From a virus (lineage: Duplodnaviria > Caudoviricetes), in the IMG/VR virus record IMGVR_UViG_3300020194_001998, positions 1-27,672 of that record: 27,672 bases of DNA. One strand, 5' to 3'. The translations under genes were made by a program, and so were the position numbers. Below, one piece after another: positions 25,362 through 27,672 of this stretch. The notes under the pieces are model-generated. The model worked only from the letters and a program-made list of their open reading frames with translations. It was not told the DNA's origin and did not search any database. How positions within the stretch are numbered: position 1 is the stretch's first letter; the number at the start of each line of letters is the position of its first letter.

Positions 25362-27425
25362 TAATATTGCAGCGGGATAATCCTGAAGCTGGTGTTTTTC
25401 ACTAATTTCAGCAATGCCCTTTAAACTTTCTAGCTTTTCTAAATTTTCTGGTTGACTTATACATTCTTCCATTTTATTAGCCCAATTATCTTTTTCAGTT
25501 GATGCTATCACGGACTCAAGAAGCTTATCAATAATATCGCTTTGAGTTTTACTTATTTTTTTAACTTTATATTTTTCTTTTATTTTTTTTGAAGCTTGAG
25601 TTCTCAATTTTTCAATATCATAAATTGTATTTTGTATATTTTTTCTAGAATACAAGTTTGCTGTAGCTCCTGTAGGTCTACCCACTTCTTGTTGGGTCTT
25701 TTGTTGGTTTAATTGATTTGTTTTTACATTGATTCTTTGGGTTTTCGCCTGCTCTTTAATTTGCTGCTCTTGAAGACTTCTATCTTCTTCAGCTCCTGCA
25801 GCTTCTACCAGTGGAACTCCACCCACCAAGGGGTTGTACATACCTTTTTCTCTGTCTTCGATATATTTTTCTTGAGCTTTTTCTAAATCGTCTGCATGGG
25901 GGAACAACCCTGTTCGAATTGCATTCATACCCTGCTCAGGCGTAATAATTCCAATTTCCAATAATCTTGTTATCACCCTTTGAAACTGAACTTCATCCTT
26001 GATGTCTATCTCTTGAAATTTAACCGTTGGGTATTTCCTGAAACCCATGCTTTTACATAATATTTTCACCTGAGGCATGATGAAATCATTTACAAATGCA
26101 TTTCTAGCTTCTTTTAATCTTTCCAAAAATATTTGAGCTTTTATTTGAGTGCTAGAATAATTTTCTTTACCTACTATAATATTTTGCAAACCCTCTCGAA
26201 TATCTTGGTTGACTATTTCATATTTTTGGGGGCCTAAAATTTTATTAACATCTGGCATTACAAAGTCTGCCTTTGTGGTATAGTCGCTAACCAACACTCT
26301 ACCAACACTTTCGTTTTGAAACAAACATTGCATGGCAGTTAAACTATGCGGGTTAACTCCTCCTTTATCAGGTTCAGCTCCCATAGTAATTAATAGTACT
26401 ACATTTTCAATAGTTCTACTAATTGCTTGGTCAATTTTTTTAAGCTCTATTTTCCAATTTAAGTCATCTAAAACTGGAAATCCGAAGGGCACAGCAAAAG
26501 GTTCATAGTCTTGTTTTTTATAGAACGAGTATATTAACTTTTCTGGATCTAGAGGCATTAACACTCCAGTTCTATGAAACCCGCCTTCTTTTATTAATTT
26601 TTTTGTTTTATCATCTAGTGAATTGAATATATCTTGGTCTTCTTGAGTTGTAGGGTTTTTTAGTCTCTCTAGCTCGTATTCTGACAAAACTTTTTTGTAT
26701 GCTCCTGATTCAAACGATGTTGCTCTATTTGAAGATATATCATAAGGATTGAGCAATATATATCTTACTGGTATTTTACCAGGGTTTAGATATTTATCGT
26801 TTTCAGCTCCATAAACTTTATTTAAATTAACAACGTCGTTTTTATTAAAATTCCCATCGATTCTATATAAAAATATATTTCCAGATCGATAATACTCTCT
26901 AAAATACTGATCTTTTAGTTTCCATAAGTTTATTTTTTCAAACCATTTGTATATAAAATTTCTAGTACTTTCACTACCTCCCTCAAGGTATATTTCAGAA
27001 TTTGAAAACTCAGACATAACATCTATAGCATTTCTGAATATAGGTATATTGGCATATGCTTTTTGGCACAACTCGATACTTTCTCGAATATCCACACCAT
27101 CAGAGCTTACATTATAAGGTAGCACCCCGTCAGAAATATTTTTATATTTATGAGCTAAATTTTTGATTCCAGCTCTACCCCTAGTTCTCGTAGTGGAAGA
27201 GTCAGCATTTCTTAAAGCATCACTGACAACATTGCTAGCGGCGGTAGTCGAGGTAAATTCTGGCCTTGAATTATTGCTGTAACTAGCATTACTGATATAG
27301 TAGTTATCGCCACAACTAACAGGTTCTATATTTTTTTCCTCGCCACCTGATCTGGCGCCATCTTTTTTAATATTATTCCAATATTGGGACTTTTTAATGT
27401 ACTTTCGTTTTGTTTTTTCGCTCAT
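25347..27425 (-). CDS. Portal protein (692 aa)
   Basis: Follows the terminase; AYANIPIFRNAIDVMSEF, REYYRSGNIFLY and FAVPFGFPVL match portal patterns. Confidence 0.85.
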   Translation of the reverse strand: MSEKTKRKYIKKSQYWNNIKKDGARSGGEEKNIEPVSCGDNYYISNASYSNNSRPEFTSTTAASNVVSDALRNADSSTTRTRGRAGIKNLAHKYKNISDGVLPYNVSSDGVDIRESIELCQKAYANIPIFRNAIDVMSEFSNSEIYLEGGSESTRNFIYKWFEKINLWKLKDQYFREYYRSGNIFLYRIDGNFNKNDVVNLNKVYGAENDKYLNPGKIPVRYILLNPYDISSNRATSFESGAYKKVLSEYELERLKNPTTQEDQDIFNSLDDKTKKLIKEGGFHRTGVLMPLDPEKLIYSFYKKQDYEPFAVPFGFPVLDDLNWKIELKKIDQAISRTIENVVLLITMGAEPDKGGVNPHSLTAMQCLFQNESVGRVLVSDYTTKADFVMPDVNKILGPQKYEIVNQDIREGLQNIIVGKENYSSTQIKAQIFLERLKEARNAFVNDFIMPQVKILCKSMGFRKYPTVKFQEIDIKDEVQFQRVITRLLEIGIITPEQGMNAIRTGLFPHADDLEKAQEKYIEDREKGMYNPLVGGVPLVEAAGAEEDRSLQEQQIKEQAKTQRINVKTNQLNQQKTQQEVGRPTGATANLYSRKNIQNTIYDIEKLRTQASKKIKEKYKVKKISKTQSDIIDKLLESVIASTEKDNWANKMEECISQPENLEKLESLKGIAEISEKHQLQDYPAAILYHSR

Positions 27426-27443
27426 GGCTGTGTATATTAATAG

Positions 27444-27468
27444 TACACATAAAAGTTAAAAAGTAAAA
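27444..27468 (-). promoter_or_regulatory. Putative late promoter variant TTTTAC-N15-TGTA upstream of the portal
   Basis: Intergenic; TGTA is 18 nt before the ATG; one mismatch and a spacer 1 nt shorter than the others. Confidence 0.45.
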
Positions 27469-27474
27469 TTAAAG

Positions 27475-27672
27475 TTACTTTATAAACATTGGGATAAAAT
27501 TATTAAAAGCTTCTTCTTTTGAATTTTTAATATCATTATAAATCTTAACCATCCAAGACCCTAGAACCAAAGCCGAGTAACAGTCTTTTCTTACCTTACT
27601 AGGTCCAGTGGTCTTTTTTAGTGTTAAGGGCAAGTCAAAAGTTTGTGTTCCTTGCGGTGAAGATCTAACTTC
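27475..27672 (-). CDS. terL: Terminase large subunit, C-terminal 65 aa (5'-truncated; absent from the ORF track)
   Basis: Manual translation EVRSSPQGTQTFDLPLTLKKTTGPSKVRKDCYSALVLGSWMVKIYNDIKNSKEEAFNNFIPMFIK*. RKDCYSAL resembles the terminal KDRYSA-type nuclease motif; directly upstream of the portal. Confidence 0.8.
   Translation of the reverse strand, partial: EVRSSPQGTQTFDLPLTLKKTTGPSKVRKDCYSALVLGSWMVKIYNDIKNSKEEAFNNFIPMFIK

Larger units (their letters stand above)
1..27672 (-). mobile_element. Tailed-phage (Caudoviricetes) head-neck-tail morphogenesis module; free phage or prophage cannot be distinguished
   Basis: Tightly packed co-oriented ORFs in canonical order terminase-portal-protease/scaffold-decoration-capsid-neck-tail tube-chaperones-tape measure-tail tip. 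No integrase or att site in the window. Confidence 0.93.

Noticed and set aside
25325-25414. N-terminal 30 codons of the 78-aa ORF in the track
   Set aside because: They overlap the portal 3' end and the promoter motif; the ATG at 25324 is the more plausible start.
1-27672. Alternative genetic code, tRNA or rRNA genes, host assignment
   Set aside because: Code 11 gives near-complete coding density with TAA, TAG and TGA all used as stops. Intergenic gaps are short and accounted for. Nothing in the window identifies the host.

Overview
This window is a single minus-strand virion morphogenesis module of an AT-rich tailed dsDNA phage (Caudoviricetes), probably a large siphovirus-type because no sheath gene is seen. 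Read right to left, it encodes: terminase large subunit 3' end, portal, a small CxxC ORF, GDP-mannose 4,6-dehydratase (gmd), prohead protease-scaffold, head decoration protein, major capsid protein, a terminator, a HeH/SAP-like protein, a head-tail adaptor with a Thr-rich tandem repeat and Cys-rich tail, three neck/tail-completion proteins, the tail tube, a terminator, a small ORF, a sulfotransferase, two paralogous putative tail chaperones, a 2801-aa tape measure protein (TMP) and a 1213-aa tail-tip protein. Three features stand out. (1) The TMP middle is cut into seven cassettes by eight copies of a motif G[FY][ILV]P[NS][FY], and two cassettes carry PD-(D/E)XK nuclease-like motifs, suggesting an injected polyprotein of effectors. 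(2) A nucleotide-sugar enzyme and a sulfotransferase sit inside the structural operons alongside mucin-like Thr/Pro stalks on virion proteins, suggesting a virion glycan coat. (3) A bipartite promoter-like motif (TTTCAC-like)-N16-TGTA recurs before operon starts. All protein family calls come from motifs recognised by eye plus gene order; no database search was run and the host cannot be determined.
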